From Diplonema japonicum (Eukaryota; Protista; Euglenozoa: Diplonemea), in assembly GCA_964019335.1 (NCBI GenBank), contig OZ025654.1:186001-250000 (forward strand): a stretch of DNA of 64,000 bases, given 5' to 3'. The notes under the pieces were generated by a model. It made no database searches and was not told the DNA's origin. It worked only from the letters and a program-made list of their open reading frames with translations. Made by a program: the position numbers and the translations under genes. This document shows, in pieces, positions 19,709-31,057 of this stretch (position 1 is its first letter; every line of letters begins with the position of its first letter).

Positions 19709-21343
19709 TTACCAGCTCAACATGTTAATAGACCTTTCATATCTTATCAATGTGGCCACAGGTATCCAGAAGTACGAATCAAGCATCTTGTGGTAAAGTG
19801 CCTTCCGTGATACTTCTTCCCTGCATTCCAATATGCATCTAAAAGTAGCTTCGCTGTCTACGAACAGCCTTGCCGCCTCCTGCTTTTCGTTGCTCACGAT
19901 ATTTGCTCTGTAGCTAGCTTCATCAGGCCTTAAACTGTTCAGCTGCTTCGTAGCTGATCGAGACATGCGTGCAAGTTCCTTCTCACGCAAAGCAAGTAAA
20001 GGTTGTAGAGCCGTTTCTTCAGCTTCTCGAACACGGCAGCGCGCTTTATATTCTGCCTTCTTGACCGCAGACACTCGTAGGGCATGCCGTTCCATTGCTG
20101 CACGTTGCTCATTGTACTTCTTTTTCACCTGCATCCACACTTCGTTCTTGTCAATCTTCAAAAACTCTCGATGTTCATTGTCTGCGATGGCAACCCTTTC
20201 GTAGTTTTGCTGCTCTTGCATTGCTTGCCTCTCCTGTAAAAAAGCGTGCTCCCTGGCAGCTGTCTCTTGCTCCAACGTCTTTTGACGAAGCACTGCTTGT
20301 TTCTCGTTCTCTTCCTTAACCTCCCTTTGCAACGTGTTTTGGGCATCTCGTTCTTTCCGTCGCTTGTCTCGATTTGCTCGCTTCTGCTGCTTTGTCAACG
20401 GTGGTGGGGGAAGACTAGCTTTTGTGTAGTCATAAAACATGTCGTACTTCGGGCACAACTTCTTACCAAGGTACAGCTCGTACATGCTTGCCTCCACTTG
20501 CTTGTTGTCCGTAAAGACACCGTTAAGTACGGACCTTGGTGGATAACCAGAAAGCAAGGGGCCCAGCAGTGCAGCGTCTTCTTTGAAGGCACCATCGAAC
20601 AACAGGAAACACGTCGCTGTACAATACACACACTCCACTGCCGTCAAGCCCTCAGCAACAGTTGCTGTGTCAAGGTCCTTCATGTGGTTCAACGCAAAGA
20701 TACCTTTCTCGTGCTCCAAGTAGTTATCACCAAGCTCATCCCACTGGAGCAGAAACAGGTTGCCATCGCAAGCTAAGAACCTAACGAAGCTTCCAGAGTC
20801 CAAGGAAAGGTATAGGAGAGCAACCTGTTTCGCTGCTTTTAACAACACTTGATTGACTCCGGCCACTTTGAAAACCACATCTCGCAGTGCCGCAAGGACG
20901 TCGGGAGCCAGTGAGATACAAAAAGCGCGTTCCCTCTTGGAAAGAAGCGATAAGACCTTTAAGAAAACACCCACTGCCATACCCTGCAGCAGCTTATTTG
21001 GTGATGATGCACGTAGAATCTGTTTGCAGATAAGCAGCAATACCTTCCTCGCAGAAAACTTCCATGTATCTGGGCTAGAAGCGTAGCCCAGCAGCCATGC
21101 CTTGATATCGGCTGCTAGGGCTTTAACAACACGTGCAATCTTGTTATTTTTGTTGCCTGTCCTCGTAAGGGCAGTGATTCTACACATGTTCACGACATCA
21201 TTCGTCTTCACAGCCTCATCCCATCTTGCCTCTATTGCCTTCCTGCACCGCCACCATTTTGCAACAATACGGTGGAGCCTTTCTTTGTTGCTACGCTCCC
21301 TGCGTTGTGCTCTTAGCTTTTCTCTATCCGCAGCGCCCGCCAT
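19709..21343 (-). CDS. Hypothetical protein, helical N-half and charged coiled-coil C-half
   Basis: 562-codon ORF, first ATG at 21343 (MAGAADREK); E/R/K/Q-rich heptads. Confidence 0.7.
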   Translation of the reverse strand: MAGAADREKLRAQRRERSNKERLHRIVAKWWRCRKAIEARWDEAVKTNDVVNMCRITALTRTGNKNNKIARVVKALAADIKAWLLGYASSPDTWKFSARKVLLLICKQILRASSPNKLLQGMAVGVFLKVLSLLSKRERAFCISLAPDVLAALRDVVFKVAGVNQVLLKAAKQVALLYLSLDSGSFVRFLACDGNLFLLQWDELGDNYLEHEKGIFALNHMKDLDTATVAEGLTAVECVYCTATCFLLFDGAFKEDAALLGPLLSGYPPRSVLNGVFTDNKQVEASMYELYLGKKLCPKYDMFYDYTKASLPPPPLTKQQKRANRDKRRKERDAQNTLQREVKEENEKQAVLRQKTLEQETAAREHAFLQERQAMQEQQNYERVAIADNEHREFLKIDKNEVWMQVKKKYNEQRAAMERHALRVSAVKKAEYKARCRVREAEETALQPLLALREKELARMSRSATKQLNSLRPDEASYRANIVSNEKQEAARLFVDSEATFRCILECREEVSRKALYHKMLDSYFWIPVATLIRYERSINMLSW

Positions 21344-21418
21344 TGACCTGAATAATTGATTCCACAAACAGTGAATACAGGTAGGTAAATAATACAAATT
21401 GTCAGACTGGTAAGCCTG

Positions 21419-21670
21419 CTAGCTGTCGTACGAGACCTTCACAGACCTCTTATATACCCTGCCCCGATCGTGGATCACTGCCATCGCGTACCAGTCTGGA
21501 GGGGAATTAACTTTTGGCTGCTTCGGCTTTTTTATCCGCTCCTTCATCTTCCTGGCTTTGACCTCTTTGCCTTTCTGTTCTGCAGATGAGAAATACTGCA
21601 AAGCCTTAGCTACGGTAACACCAGTTTGAAACTGCTCCTGTAATAACTCTAGCTGCTTGCGTGTAACCAT
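21419..21670 (-). CDS. Small basic hypothetical protein (83 aa)
   Basis: MVTRKQLELL...; preceded by T-rich tract and AG; same strand as neighbours. Confidence 0.4.
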   Translation of the reverse strand: MVTRKQLELLQEQFQTGVTVAKALQYFSSAEQKGKEVKARKMKERIKKPKQPKVNSPPDWYAMAVIHDRGRVYKRSVKVSYDS

Positions 21671-22355
21671 CTCGTACCTTTTATGAGTCGAAGCGCGTGT
21701 CAAACAAAAAAAACAATGAAACAAAATGAACAACAAAGTTGAAAACACGATGCACGCTTTTAATAATGTGTCCTCTCTTCAGCCTATCCGAAGCAATGAG
21801 CTTTGCCTTTTCGGACTGGAATATTAGGAACAGTAAACGGAGAAAAACTTCGCTGCGAATAAAAATAGGGAAAAAGAAAACACCATTCGAGAGTCTCAAT
21901 TGATCTCATGTCAAGAGACCTTTTATCTTCTTTTTGCGCTTTTTCAGTTTTATAATAATATATCAGCCAGAATATCATGGTGCGGTATTCATATTCATAC
22001 TGCACAATAGTATATCCAAGAGATAGCTGGTGCAATGAGAAGGTAATTAAACCACCTCCGCACGTAATTCTTTTTGCGTTGTTCTATTCGTGCGTTTAAC
22101 CTTCATTCCGCTTGGGAAAAAAGAAAGTGTCTTTACCTCCCTTAGACAAAAGCACCACCTCTAAAACCCGTGTTCAACCCCTCTGGTTGAGAGATTGCTA
22201 TTTTCACAACCAATGGAGGGAATGAGCTCAATAGTCGCGGAAATTCCAAAATTCCCTAAATTCCCCCTAAACCTTGCTTGACGGGGTTTAGAGCAATAAG
22301 GCGCTATTATTGAACAAACTATCAAGGCCACTGAAGGTCTCGAGTTCCTTAAAAT

Positions 22356-24866
22356 CTATAGCACGAAGCGTTGGTAGGGCGTGGTGTCGTTGTTCACAGC
22401 AGTTGGCGTTTCATCTGCAGAAGACAGTGTGCCGTCAAGGACATCGTCCATGTCCATATCCCCTGCACTGATTTCCTCAAGAGGTACACCATCGCGTGCT
22501 GTGAACAATCCATACTGTAGTCTAGTACGCCTGCCAGACAGCAAGATGTAGGCTTCGCTACAAACATCAGCAGCAACCTTGAACAGCAGGATCCCCACAG
22601 CAACCATCAATACAGTGGATGCTACGCCAAACACCCCATGCTCAAGGTCCTCCGAGTAGTACCCAGCCGCCATCAGCACCATCGCCACGCCCTGCACGCC
22701 ATGTAATATCGTCTGCGTTATTACATCCCTCTGCCGTGCATGAGGTGCCAGTACTGCCTCTAAAAACATCGCAGCAAAGAATACCAAAGCTGCGAACGAC
22801 TTCTTATGTCCGCACCACTCGAGCTCCGAGCCCTGCGCCACGTTAATCAGCGCGATGGATAGCGACGTTCCACATTCCACCGCGAAAAACCACACGTACC
22901 CACACTTATACGTGCGCATCATCGACGCATGTCGCTGCACCCATCTACAAAACGGCTCAGTGTTCACCCATTCCCCCTTTCCCAGCACCACCTCTCTCAA
23001 CTTCCCGCATTTGTTTTCAACAATGTAACAAGCTGACTTCGGCGCTTCGTGAACCATTAATATTGCCAAGCGCGCAGGTACATATATGCAGGATGCCATG
23101 CCAACCACACCCAACACAAAGCTCCCTATGTTGAACGGGTGCACTATCAGATCAGCAGCTCCCAACGCAGTGCCCTGATACAGAACCTGGAATATTGTCA
23201 TCGGCGCAGAAGGGAATCGCAACAGTCCTTGTGCATCAAGTCCTTCCATGAGGTCTGGAAGCAACGTTCGACCCCAATTGTTGAGTATGCCAAATGCAAT
23301 GTAGCACAGCAGTCCGAACCCAAAGGTGATGGCAAAGTTTCCCACCACAAGCCCCACAGATTCGCTCCCCCAAATCTCGAGCTGAGTCGGGTGTAGCACA
23401 CGAGGCAATTTCTGCCGTTTTCCATTCATGTTGCACCCTAAGCTCACCACCACTAAGCGTGTTGCTGTCCCCGCTGCTGCTCCAGCTGCAGCGACTGAGC
23501 CTGCAGCCGCAGCTGATCCTGCTGTGCTGATCTCTTTTTCTTTGGCGAGTACCTCTGGAACACTCGTAGCAGGGATGAGTGTTGCAGGTGCTGAGGATAT
23601 GGGAATTTCAGTTTCTGGAGCATTTGTTAACGGAACATTCGTAACTGCTGGCACAGCAGTTGGAGGGGGAGCTGCCTGGGGTATAAAAGTGGCTGGCACG
23701 GGTGTAGGTACAGATGTCGGGGGCACTGCAGGAGGCACAGTTGCAGGAGACAGCGTAAATGGCGCAGGTGTAGCTGTCAACGGTAATGGTGTTGGGACTA
23801 ATGTCCTCGGTGCTCCTGTTTGCGGCGGAACGGTGGGTGGTGCAACAGTTGGTGCAGCTGTGGGTGCTACTGTTGGCTCTGCAGTGTGGGGCAGCAGATC
23901 CGAAATATCGACTATGATAAATCCACGGGTGTCCTGACACATAAACAACAAGTTTTCGTGCAATCCCAATGGCAACATGGGCCTGCCCCCAACAAGCAGG
24001 GAGCCTCGTGGCTTGAAAGATGGCAAGTCAACACCATCGACACGCAACTCGTCGCCACGAGAAGTGAACAGCAAGTCGTTTAACCGCAGAACACCTACAA
24101 GATCGTCTGAACCACCTATATCAAAGGACTTAATGTTCCATGTCGACAGTGAGGGGTCGGAGACATCCACTTGGTCAATATATGTTCTTGAAGTGATGAA
24201 GGCTGTGGCACCGTCAGAAGAGAGATCAAGGGCAGTTGTGATATCAGGCATTCTCTCAAGTCCCAGCAGGGATAATTTGTATGTTGTGGGGTCGATGGAG
24301 TAGACCATATAATAGGGACTGATGATGTACAGACCAACGACGTGCAACCGCATGTTACTTAGATCTAACTTTATGTCGTTGCACTTTCGCATCGAGAGGA
24401 GACTTGTTGCCTTTGGGGTTCTTGAGACATCAAATACATGCACACCAGCATCAATGCAGGCATAGACTACATTGCTGCCTGGGACGGTAACCAGAGCGAC
24501 ACCATCAGTAGTAGCGTCCTTTGTACTCCCGCCCATGTGCACAGGAGACGCTGGTGTTGAGATGTCAAGCTTCACCAACACACCCCTTTTGCCAATAATG
24601 TAGCAAACATCGCCATCCACCAGGACAGCCCTCGTATCCTCGCCAGGATAACTCCCTACCAAGGTCAAGCCAACAGCAGAGTTTGTAGCATTCGAAACAT
24701 TGCTGTAGTCCACGACAAGCAATCCTCCCTCTTTGTCACCCACAAAAGCGACATCCCCCTTGAGGTCATAACCGCTGGCACCTATAGGACTGTCATACCT
24801 CCCAACCACCTTTTGGCACACCACATGGATCACGCATGACAGCAACATAATTCCAACTGACACCAT
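22356..24866 (-). CDS. LVIVD-type beta-propeller + Pro/Thr stalk + 7-8 TM protein (paralog A)
   Basis: Signal peptide MVSVGIMLL; AFVGDKEGGLLVVDYS, LVKLDISTPASP, GFIIVDIS; LPRVLHPT, RFPSAP..LYQG, GKGEW. Confidence 0.88.
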   Translation of the reverse strand: MVSVGIMLLSCVIHVVCQKVVGRYDSPIGASGYDLKGDVAFVGDKEGGLLVVDYSNVSNATNSAVGLTLVGSYPGEDTRAVLVDGDVCYIIGKRGVLVKLDISTPASPVHMGGSTKDATTDGVALVTVPGSNVVYACIDAGVHVFDVSRTPKATSLLSMRKCNDIKLDLSNMRLHVVGLYIISPYYMVYSIDPTTYKLSLLGLERMPDITTALDLSSDGATAFITSRTYIDQVDVSDPSLSTWNIKSFDIGGSDDLVGVLRLNDLLFTSRGDELRVDGVDLPSFKPRGSLLVGGRPMLPLGLHENLLFMCQDTRGFIIVDISDLLPHTAEPTVAPTAAPTVAPPTVPPQTGAPRTLVPTPLPLTATPAPFTLSPATVPPAVPPTSVPTPVPATFIPQAAPPPTAVPAVTNVPLTNAPETEIPISSAPATLIPATSVPEVLAKEKEISTAGSAAAAGSVAAAGAAAGTATRLVVVSLGCNMNGKRQKLPRVLHPTQLEIWGSESVGLVVGNFAITFGFGLLCYIAFGILNNWGRTLLPDLMEGLDAQGLLRFPSAPMTIFQVLYQGTALGAADLIVHPFNIGSFVLGVVGMASCIYVPARLAILMVHEAPKSACYIVENKCGKLREVVLGKGEWVNTEPFCRWVQRHASMMRTYKCGYVWFFAVECGTSLSIALINVAQGSELEWCGHKKSFAALVFFAAMFLEAVLAPHARQRDVITQTILHGVQGVAMVLMAAGYYSEDLEHGVFGVASTVLMVAVGILLFKVAADVCSEAYILLSGRRTRLQYGLFTARDGVPLEEISAGDMDMDDVLDGTLSSADETPTAVNNDTTPYQRFVL

Positions 24867-25140
24867 TCTGCTTCCGGCACACAAACATTTCGCGTCCTGT
24901 GGAGGGGTATTAAAATAAGGTTAAAGCTAAGTGCTAAATCTGAATACCCACAAAAGAGAAAGTCTCACTCGCACCGCTATTAAGTACTAACCGCGGTGAG
25001 CGACAACGTTGGTGGACAACACGCATACAGCTGTTTTGACCAAAAGAAAAAAAGAAGGGAAGGAATTGCTTCAATTGAATCATTGGTTCATTCAACACTA
25101 CTTTATATCATGCACTGAAAGTACTATAAGTGTTTTAACT

Positions 25141-27013
25141 ATGTTCATGCACTGAAAGTATAGAACCTGCTGTCATGTCCATCGACCTCGTCGGTCTTGA
25201 AGGTGCCAGTCACGGAGCCGAGGTCCTTGTGGTTCCAGATGTCACGGACAGCAACAGTCTGAGTGGCAGAGAAGCCAAGCTCGGTAAGGTCAATGGTGGT
25301 TGTGTAGCCTTTGGAAGGGGCATTGTTCAAGACGAGAGCAGCGGTGCTGCTGCTGGACACAGGCTTGGCCCACAGCTGGATGGTAGGATCCTTCCCCCCA
25401 GCGCTCTGCACAAGCCTACCGGGGTGACCAGCCCAGGCCTGGTTCACCGCAATCGCCTCAGTGTTGCTGATGATGTCCCACACCTTGTCGGTAGTGGCTT
25501 CGTTTGTGACATCGTAGCCAAGGATAAGGGGCGATGACACAATGCACCAGGCACCGAAGTGCGCCCTGTCCTCGTTGTAGTTAGCAAGGTTACCAACCTC
25601 GAGCATGTCAGGGTAGGCCCAAGTACCGGGCCTTGCAAGAGGGGGGTTGCCCTGGTAAGGTGTCGTGGTCTGCAGGTTGCTGAACATGGAAGCCCAGGTG
25701 CTCCTAATGTCACCAGAAGAGCGGAAGAAGTTGTAGGGGCAGTTGGAAGGGGAAGTGGTACCAGTGCAAGGGGCGTCGCCGGTGCTCTGACCGGGGACGG
25801 TCTGGCCCCAGTGGCAGTTCTCGATCATGATGGGGCGACCGGTCTGGTTCAGGAGCGCCCCCCACAAGGTGAGGTTTCGGAACTCCCCGCAGCCGTCAAG
25901 CTTGACACCGTCGAAACCGAACTCAGCAACTGCCTTCGCCGACTGCTGCATGTGCTTTGCGATGTACGAGGGGTCCGTGAACTGGGTCTCCTTGCAAATG
26001 CAGTTGTTCATGTACCAACCCACCTTCAGCCCCAGGTTGTGCCCGTGGTCCGTCATGTTCTTCATGCTGGGGAAAGTTGCCGTGTTAATGATCGGGTTCC
26101 CCAACGCATCGTGGAAGGAGTTGTTCACCCCCTTCCCGCACGCCTGCCAGTTGTCATCGAGACCTACGTTCACGTAGCCGAGGTCAGCAATGCTCATCAC
26201 CTTCCCGTTCACTGTCCTCTTCTTCTCCGCGACCTTGTCCATCACCCCCTCCATCAGCTTCTGCGTCACATCTCCGCCGTAGCAGTTCCACGACCTCCAC
26301 CCCATCGGGGGCGTCAGACCGATCCCGTTGTCGATCCCGAACACGGGACCCGCCAGCGCCATAAGCAGCATCGCCTTCATTTTTTTCTTTTTTTTTATGT
26401 GATTAAAAGAGTATCCCTCTGGTAACGAGTGGGCTCAAGTGAGTGGCGAGTGCACAACAGAATTCAGGGGCATTAATAACAAATCTTTTCTTTAGTGAGT
26501 CCCCTGTTTATTCAGACGAGGGGGGACGAGGGAAGGAAGCACAAGACACCTTAAATGCTTCAGGCGTGTCTTCTCGGGTATCTCTTATCTGTCGTGGGTT
26601 TTCCTTTTCTTCTTTGTGAAAAACTGAAAAAAGGAAAGAGGAAACGCTGGGAAAACAAGAACGAAGACACGCCGCATAGAACAGAGAAAAACCTTTGAAG
26701 AAAAAAAAGGGGGGGAAATAAAAGAAGAGGGAAAAAAACTCAAATTGGCATGCAGTGAAGGGGCATCATTCTGTTCTGCGTAAGAGCTGCACAGGGAATA
26801 AGGGCCCTCCCGAACCGAATATTCGTGGCAGTACTAGGTATCTCTCAGTTTCGGACTCATCTTGCAACTAACGGCAGGGGGGTTAAAAAAGAAAAATACA
26901 TAAGGATACGTTCAGAAGCGGGAACAGTGATTTTGCAGCCGAGCGCTGCAAAGAGAAGAAACAAAAAAAAATAGGGAAACACATGGGCATATGATATAAT
27001 CTTTTAAAAAGGT
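25141..27013. repeat. Segmental duplication with about 44572-47768
   Basis: About 1.58 kb apparently identical (25141-26716 vs 44572-46147, offset 19431), then patchy diverged similarity (26740-26810 vs 47345-47416; 26905-27013 vs 47645-47768). Confidence 0.92.
25145..26380 (-). CDS. Secreted GH27 alpha-galactosidase/alpha-N-acetylgalactosaminidase, copy 1
   Basis: NGIGLTPPMGWRSWN, VGLDDNWQ, GVKLDGC (nucleophile Asp), FRSSGDI (acid/base Asp), YPDMLEVG, VRDIW; signal peptide. Confidence 0.96.
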   Translation of the reverse strand: MKAMLLMALAGPVFGIDNGIGLTPPMGWRSWNCYGGDVTQKLMEGVMDKVAEKKRTVNGKVMSIADLGYVNVGLDDNWQACGKGVNNSFHDALGNPIINTATFPSMKNMTDHGHNLGLKVGWYMNNCICKETQFTDPSYIAKHMQQSAKAVAEFGFDGVKLDGCGEFRNLTLWGALLNQTGRPIMIENCHWGQTVPGQSTGDAPCTGTTSPSNCPYNFFRSSGDIRSTWASMFSNLQTTTPYQGNPPLARPGTWAYPDMLEVGNLANYNEDRAHFGAWCIVSSPLILGYDVTNEATTDKVWDIISNTEAIAVNQAWAGHPGRLVQSAGGKDPTIQLWAKPVSSSSTAALVLNNAPSKGYTTTIDLTELGFSATQTVAVRDIWNHKDLGSVTGTFKTDEVDGHDSRFYTFSA

Positions 27014-27904
27014 AAAGGAAGTTATGAAGAACTGAATCTCATAGTCAGAAGCAATGAACAGAAGATTCGTATATTTCCTTCAAAAGGAAAAGAAAAGGAT
27101 CTGTGTTCATTACCCTCTTCACCTTCTTCATTCGAAAAAGAAAGCGATCTGACCCAATTGATACTAAAAAAAAAACAACGTTTCTTTTTTGCGCAAAACG
27201 AATAAAATCCACTAATAGGGAAGGTGAGATGACCGTAAAAAACCGACCCATAGTTTGATGAAACAAGGTAACAAAGGTACAACAGGAAAGGAGACCGCTC
27301 TTAAAACACTCAACGATCAAGGATAAGACTCAAGACGAGTCTCCTCTACAGCATGAAGTGCTTGCAACATAGTCCATTTTCACAATTGAACAGCGAACCT
27401 TATCAATCATATATTTATACAGTAGTAGAAAAGGAAGGAAAATGCAAAGGAAAGCTGGATTTACTGCTGCAGCCAGCAAGGGTTACATATTCTTGCCTTC
27501 TTGGGCGCCACCAGCTGAGTACCAAAAAAACCACTTGAAACCATCACAAAAGAGGTGCACATTGAAATAAACCTTGTGCAATCCTGTATCTTGAGGAAAA
27601 ACGCTGGGGGACTCAGTTTCCCAAGACTGAGCTGAACTGGACGTGCCTTGTTGCTGTAACGGAACTAATACTAAAAAAAGAAGGAAGGGAGGGAGGATCT
27701 TTTCACTGTTTTTACTAAAAAGTTCCGTTCTTAATGAACGGGACCGTCTAACAAAAATGCAGCATTCAAAATCACAACATGTGCTTGCTCCTGTTTGCTA
27801 CCAGCTCCGTCTCGGCATTCCGGAGATGCGGCGTGAACATAGGGTACCCTACAAGGTCAGCCTTTCGTAAGTTCTTTGACGACGATGACGGCAGCTTGAT
27901 GCTT

Positions 27905-30900
27905 TTAAAGGTGCTGAGAGTAGTTCTCGAAGCGTGCAGGGCTTGACAATCTGTTAATCGAGCTCACTTCTTCTTGCCTGCATAATTCAACCTCATCAAG
28001 GCGATCGTTATCTCGAGCAAGTAGCTCGTTCTGCAAGCGTGCCTTCCGCCCTGTGAACAGGATATACAACTCGCTGACGATGTCGAGACCCACCTTCACA
28101 AGCAACAGAATTACAGCAGCCAGCAGTAAAGAAGAAGCCACCTGGAACCCCTTGTGCTCCAGGTCATTCTTATAATACCCAACGCTCATCAACACCATCG
28201 CTATGCCCTGCACCCCGAGGATCACGAAGTCCATAGTCGAATCCCTGAACCTCGCATGCGGCCAAACCGTTGCCTCTAACGCCATCATCAAGAAAAACAC
28301 TCCCGCCGTAAAGACCCTCTTGTGCCCACACCCATGAAAGGTCTCAGTCTCCACTGCCGCGATCGCTGAAATCGTTAGAGACGCTGCAAACTCGATCAGT
28401 GAGTACCATGCTGTGTGCTGCCTATAGGTGCGCACTACAGACGTGAACCGCTGTACCCAGTAGCACATTTTTGTTGTGTTTACCCACTCCCCAGGACCGA
28501 TCATGAACCTTCGTACTTCCCCACATCTCTGTTCATGCATGTATACCGCCAAACGCGGCACACTACGCTTCACGGCTGAGAACACTACAATGGGAACCGT
28601 AATACATACGAACATGCTGACGGCCCCGAGGGCGAAGCCAGCAGGGTTCGGTGGGTGGATAATTAAGTTAATAGAACCGAGGGTGGTCCCTTGGTAGAAG
28701 AGCTGGAAGACAACAAGCGGGGCAGAGGGGAACCGCATCCACCCCTGTGTGTCCAGCCCGTTGAACAGCCGGGGGAACATCTTCGCCCCGCCGCACATCG
28801 CGATCCTCACAAGTACATAGCACAGCAGTCCGAACCCAAAGGTGATGGCAAAGTTTCCCACCACAAGCCCCACAGATTCGCTCCCCCAAATCTCGAGCTG
28901 AGTCGGGTGTAGCACACGAGGCAATTTCTGCCGTTTTCCATTCATGTTGCACCCTAAGCTCACCACCACTAAGCGTGTTGCTGTCCCCGCTGCTGCTCCA
29001 GCTTCAGCGACTGAGCCTGCAGCCGCAGCTGATCCTGCTGTGCTGATCTCTTGTTCATTTGAGAGTACTTCAGGGGCGTTTGTTGCTGGAATGAGTGTTG
29101 ACACAGGGACTAATGTCCGGGGCACATCAGATGTCGAAGGAGGGTTAGTGAGAGGTGGCGCTGAAGTCGCAGGAGCTAGCGTATCTGGAGAACCCGTCGC
29201 AGTGGTTGGGGTCAATGGAGCAGTGGTCACATGGACTTGTGTTGCAGGAGCTAATGTGTCAGGAGAACCTGTCACAGGAGCCTGTGTTGCCGAAAGTGTC
29301 ACAGGGAAACTTGTTGCGGGAGCCGAAGTAGCAGGGGTGAGTGTGTCAGGGGGGTTTGTAGCTGGTGCTGGTGTTAAAGGGGAACTGGTAACAGGAGCTT
29401 GTGTTACGGGTGCCAGAGTTATAGGTGGGTTTGTTGGGGCTGTTACAGGAGCACTTGTTGCTGGTGCTGGTGTTACAGGAGAATTAGGTGCTAATGTTGC
29501 AGGAGGGCTCGTCGCTGGTGCCAGAGTTATAGGGGAGTTTGTTGCAGGGGCTTGTGTTGCTGGTGCTGGTGTTACAGGAGAATTAGTAGCAGGTGCTAAT
29601 GTTGCAGGAGGGCTCGTCGCTGGTGCCAGAGTTATAGGGGAGTTTGTTGCAGGGGCTTGTGTTGCTGGTGCTAGTGTTGCGGGAGCTAAGGTTGCAGGTG
29701 GGTTCGTCGCTGGTGCCGGAGTTATAGGAGAACTTGTTGCAGGGGCTTGTGTTGCTGGTGCTAGTGTTACAGGAGAATTAGTAGCAGGTGCTAAGGTTGC
29801 AGGAGGGGTCGTTGCTGGGGCTAGAGTCATAGGGGAGCTTGTTGCAGGGGCCTGTGTTGATGGTGCAGGCGTTATAGGAGCGTTTGTCGATGGTGCCAGT
29901 GTTGCAGGAGCTAAGGTCGCAGGTGGATTCGTCGCTGGTACCGGAGTTATAGGGGAGTTCGTTACAGGAGAACTGGTTGCTGGAGCTGAAGTAGCAGGAG
30001 TAGGTGTGTCGGGAGAGCTTGTTGCCGGCGCAGATGTTGCAGGAGCAGTCGTAGGAGGTACCGGAGAAGGTGTTGCTGGGACATCAGTGAATGATATTCC
30101 AAACATAAGATTCGCAGCATCTAAAATCACGAAGCCATGCGAGCCGTAACAGGCGAAAAGCCACGTGCCTCGTACACCGATCCCTTGCTCACCACTTCCC
30201 CCAATGTTGATGGTAGACATCAGGCCGTACTTAGCATTTAGGTTCATCTCATACGCGAACATCTCTGATGCGGTTGAGGTGGTGAAGAGGAGCTCGTTCA
30301 CACGAAGGACCCCTTTGTTCTGGTTGCTGGAGTCGCGGGTATTGAAACTCCACTTAGTGGGATCTGCATCAGAAATGTCTAACTGGTAGAGATGCTTGTC
30401 GTCGGTGCTTATGAAGGCCGCATCAGCAGCCTGTGAGATGTCAAACCCGACGCCCACAGCACCATAGTTCACGGTGCCGTGCAAGGTGAGCGCGGAGGAG
30501 GGGCCGATGTTGTAGACACGGTAGTTCTTGTCCTGTGCGAGTACATGAAGGCGCATGGCTTGTGCTCTGATCTGCAAGCAAAATACCGGCAAAGATTCGG
30601 TGCTGCTAACAATGGGAACCGCGCCCGACACATCGAAGACGCGAACGGCCTTTCCGACGCAGCCGAACACAAAGTTGGAGCCTGGGATCTTGGCCAGTGA
30701 CACGCCGCCTGAATACGCTGCGTCGAAAGCACTGACACCTATCAAAGAAGGTGATGCAGGTGTCGCGACGTCGATCTTAGACAGAACGCAGTCTTCTCCG
30801 ATGGTGTAAGCAACAGTGCCCTCCACCAGTACATCCATCGTATGGCTAGCGGTGTAGCTGCCGAGTAAACTTAAAACAGGGGAAGCAGGGACTCCACCGA

Positions 30901-31057
30901 TATCAATTACAAGCAGCCCTCCAGAGGCGTCAGCCAGGTATGCAGTGTTACCCTTCACATCGTAGTTCACGACGTGGTCAGATGAGTCGTACCTCGCTAT
31001 CACCGTCTGCCCCACTGCACTAGAGAAGAAGGCAAAAAGAGCACACGTCCGCATCAT
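27905..31057 (-). CDS. LVIVD-type beta-propeller + Pro/Thr stalk + 7-8 TM protein (paralog B)
   Basis: Signal peptide; AYLADASGGLLVIDI, LSKIDVATPASP; 5/10-aa TxAPA repeats; same TM-domain motifs as paralog A. Confidence 0.9.
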   Translation of the reverse strand: MMRTCALFAFFSSAVGQTVIARYDSSDHVVNYDVKGNTAYLADASGGLLVIDIGGVPASPVLSLLGSYTASHTMDVLVEGTVAYTIGEDCVLSKIDVATPASPSLIGVSAFDAAYSGGVSLAKIPGSNFVFGCVGKAVRVFDVSGAVPIVSSTESLPVFCLQIRAQAMRLHVLAQDKNYRVYNIGPSSALTLHGTVNYGAVGVGFDISQAADAAFISTDDKHLYQLDISDADPTKWSFNTRDSSNQNKGVLRVNELLFTTSTASEMFAYEMNLNAKYGLMSTINIGGSGEQGIGVRGTWLFACYGSHGFVILDAANLMFGISFTDVPATPSPVPPTTAPATSAPATSSPDTPTPATSAPATSSPVTNSPITPVPATNPPATLAPATLAPSTNAPITPAPSTQAPATSSPMTLAPATTPPATLAPATNSPVTLAPATQAPATSSPITPAPATNPPATLAPATLAPATQAPATNSPITLAPATSPPATLAPATNSPVTPAPATQAPATNSPITLAPATSPPATLAPNSPVTPAPATSAPVTAPTNPPITLAPVTQAPVTSSPLTPAPATNPPDTLTPATSAPATSFPVTLSATQAPVTGSPDTLAPATQVHVTTAPLTPTTATGSPDTLAPATSAPPLTNPPSTSDVPRTLVPVSTLIPATNAPEVLSNEQEISTAGSAAAAGSVAEAGAAAGTATRLVVVSLGCNMNGKRQKLPRVLHPTQLEIWGSESVGLVVGNFAITFGFGLLCYVLVRIAMCGGAKMFPRLFNGLDTQGWMRFPSAPLVVFQLFYQGTTLGSINLIIHPPNPAGFALGAVSMFVCITVPIVVFSAVKRSVPRLAVYMHEQRCGEVRRFMIGPGEWVNTTKMCYWVQRFTSVVRTYRQHTAWYSLIEFAASLTISAIAAVETETFHGCGHKRVFTAGVFFLMMALEATVWPHARFRDSTMDFVILGVQGIAMVLMSVGYYKNDLEHKGFQVASSLLLAAVILLLVKVGLDIVSELYILFTGRKARLQNELLARDNDRLDEVELCRQEEVSSINRLSSPARFENYSQHL

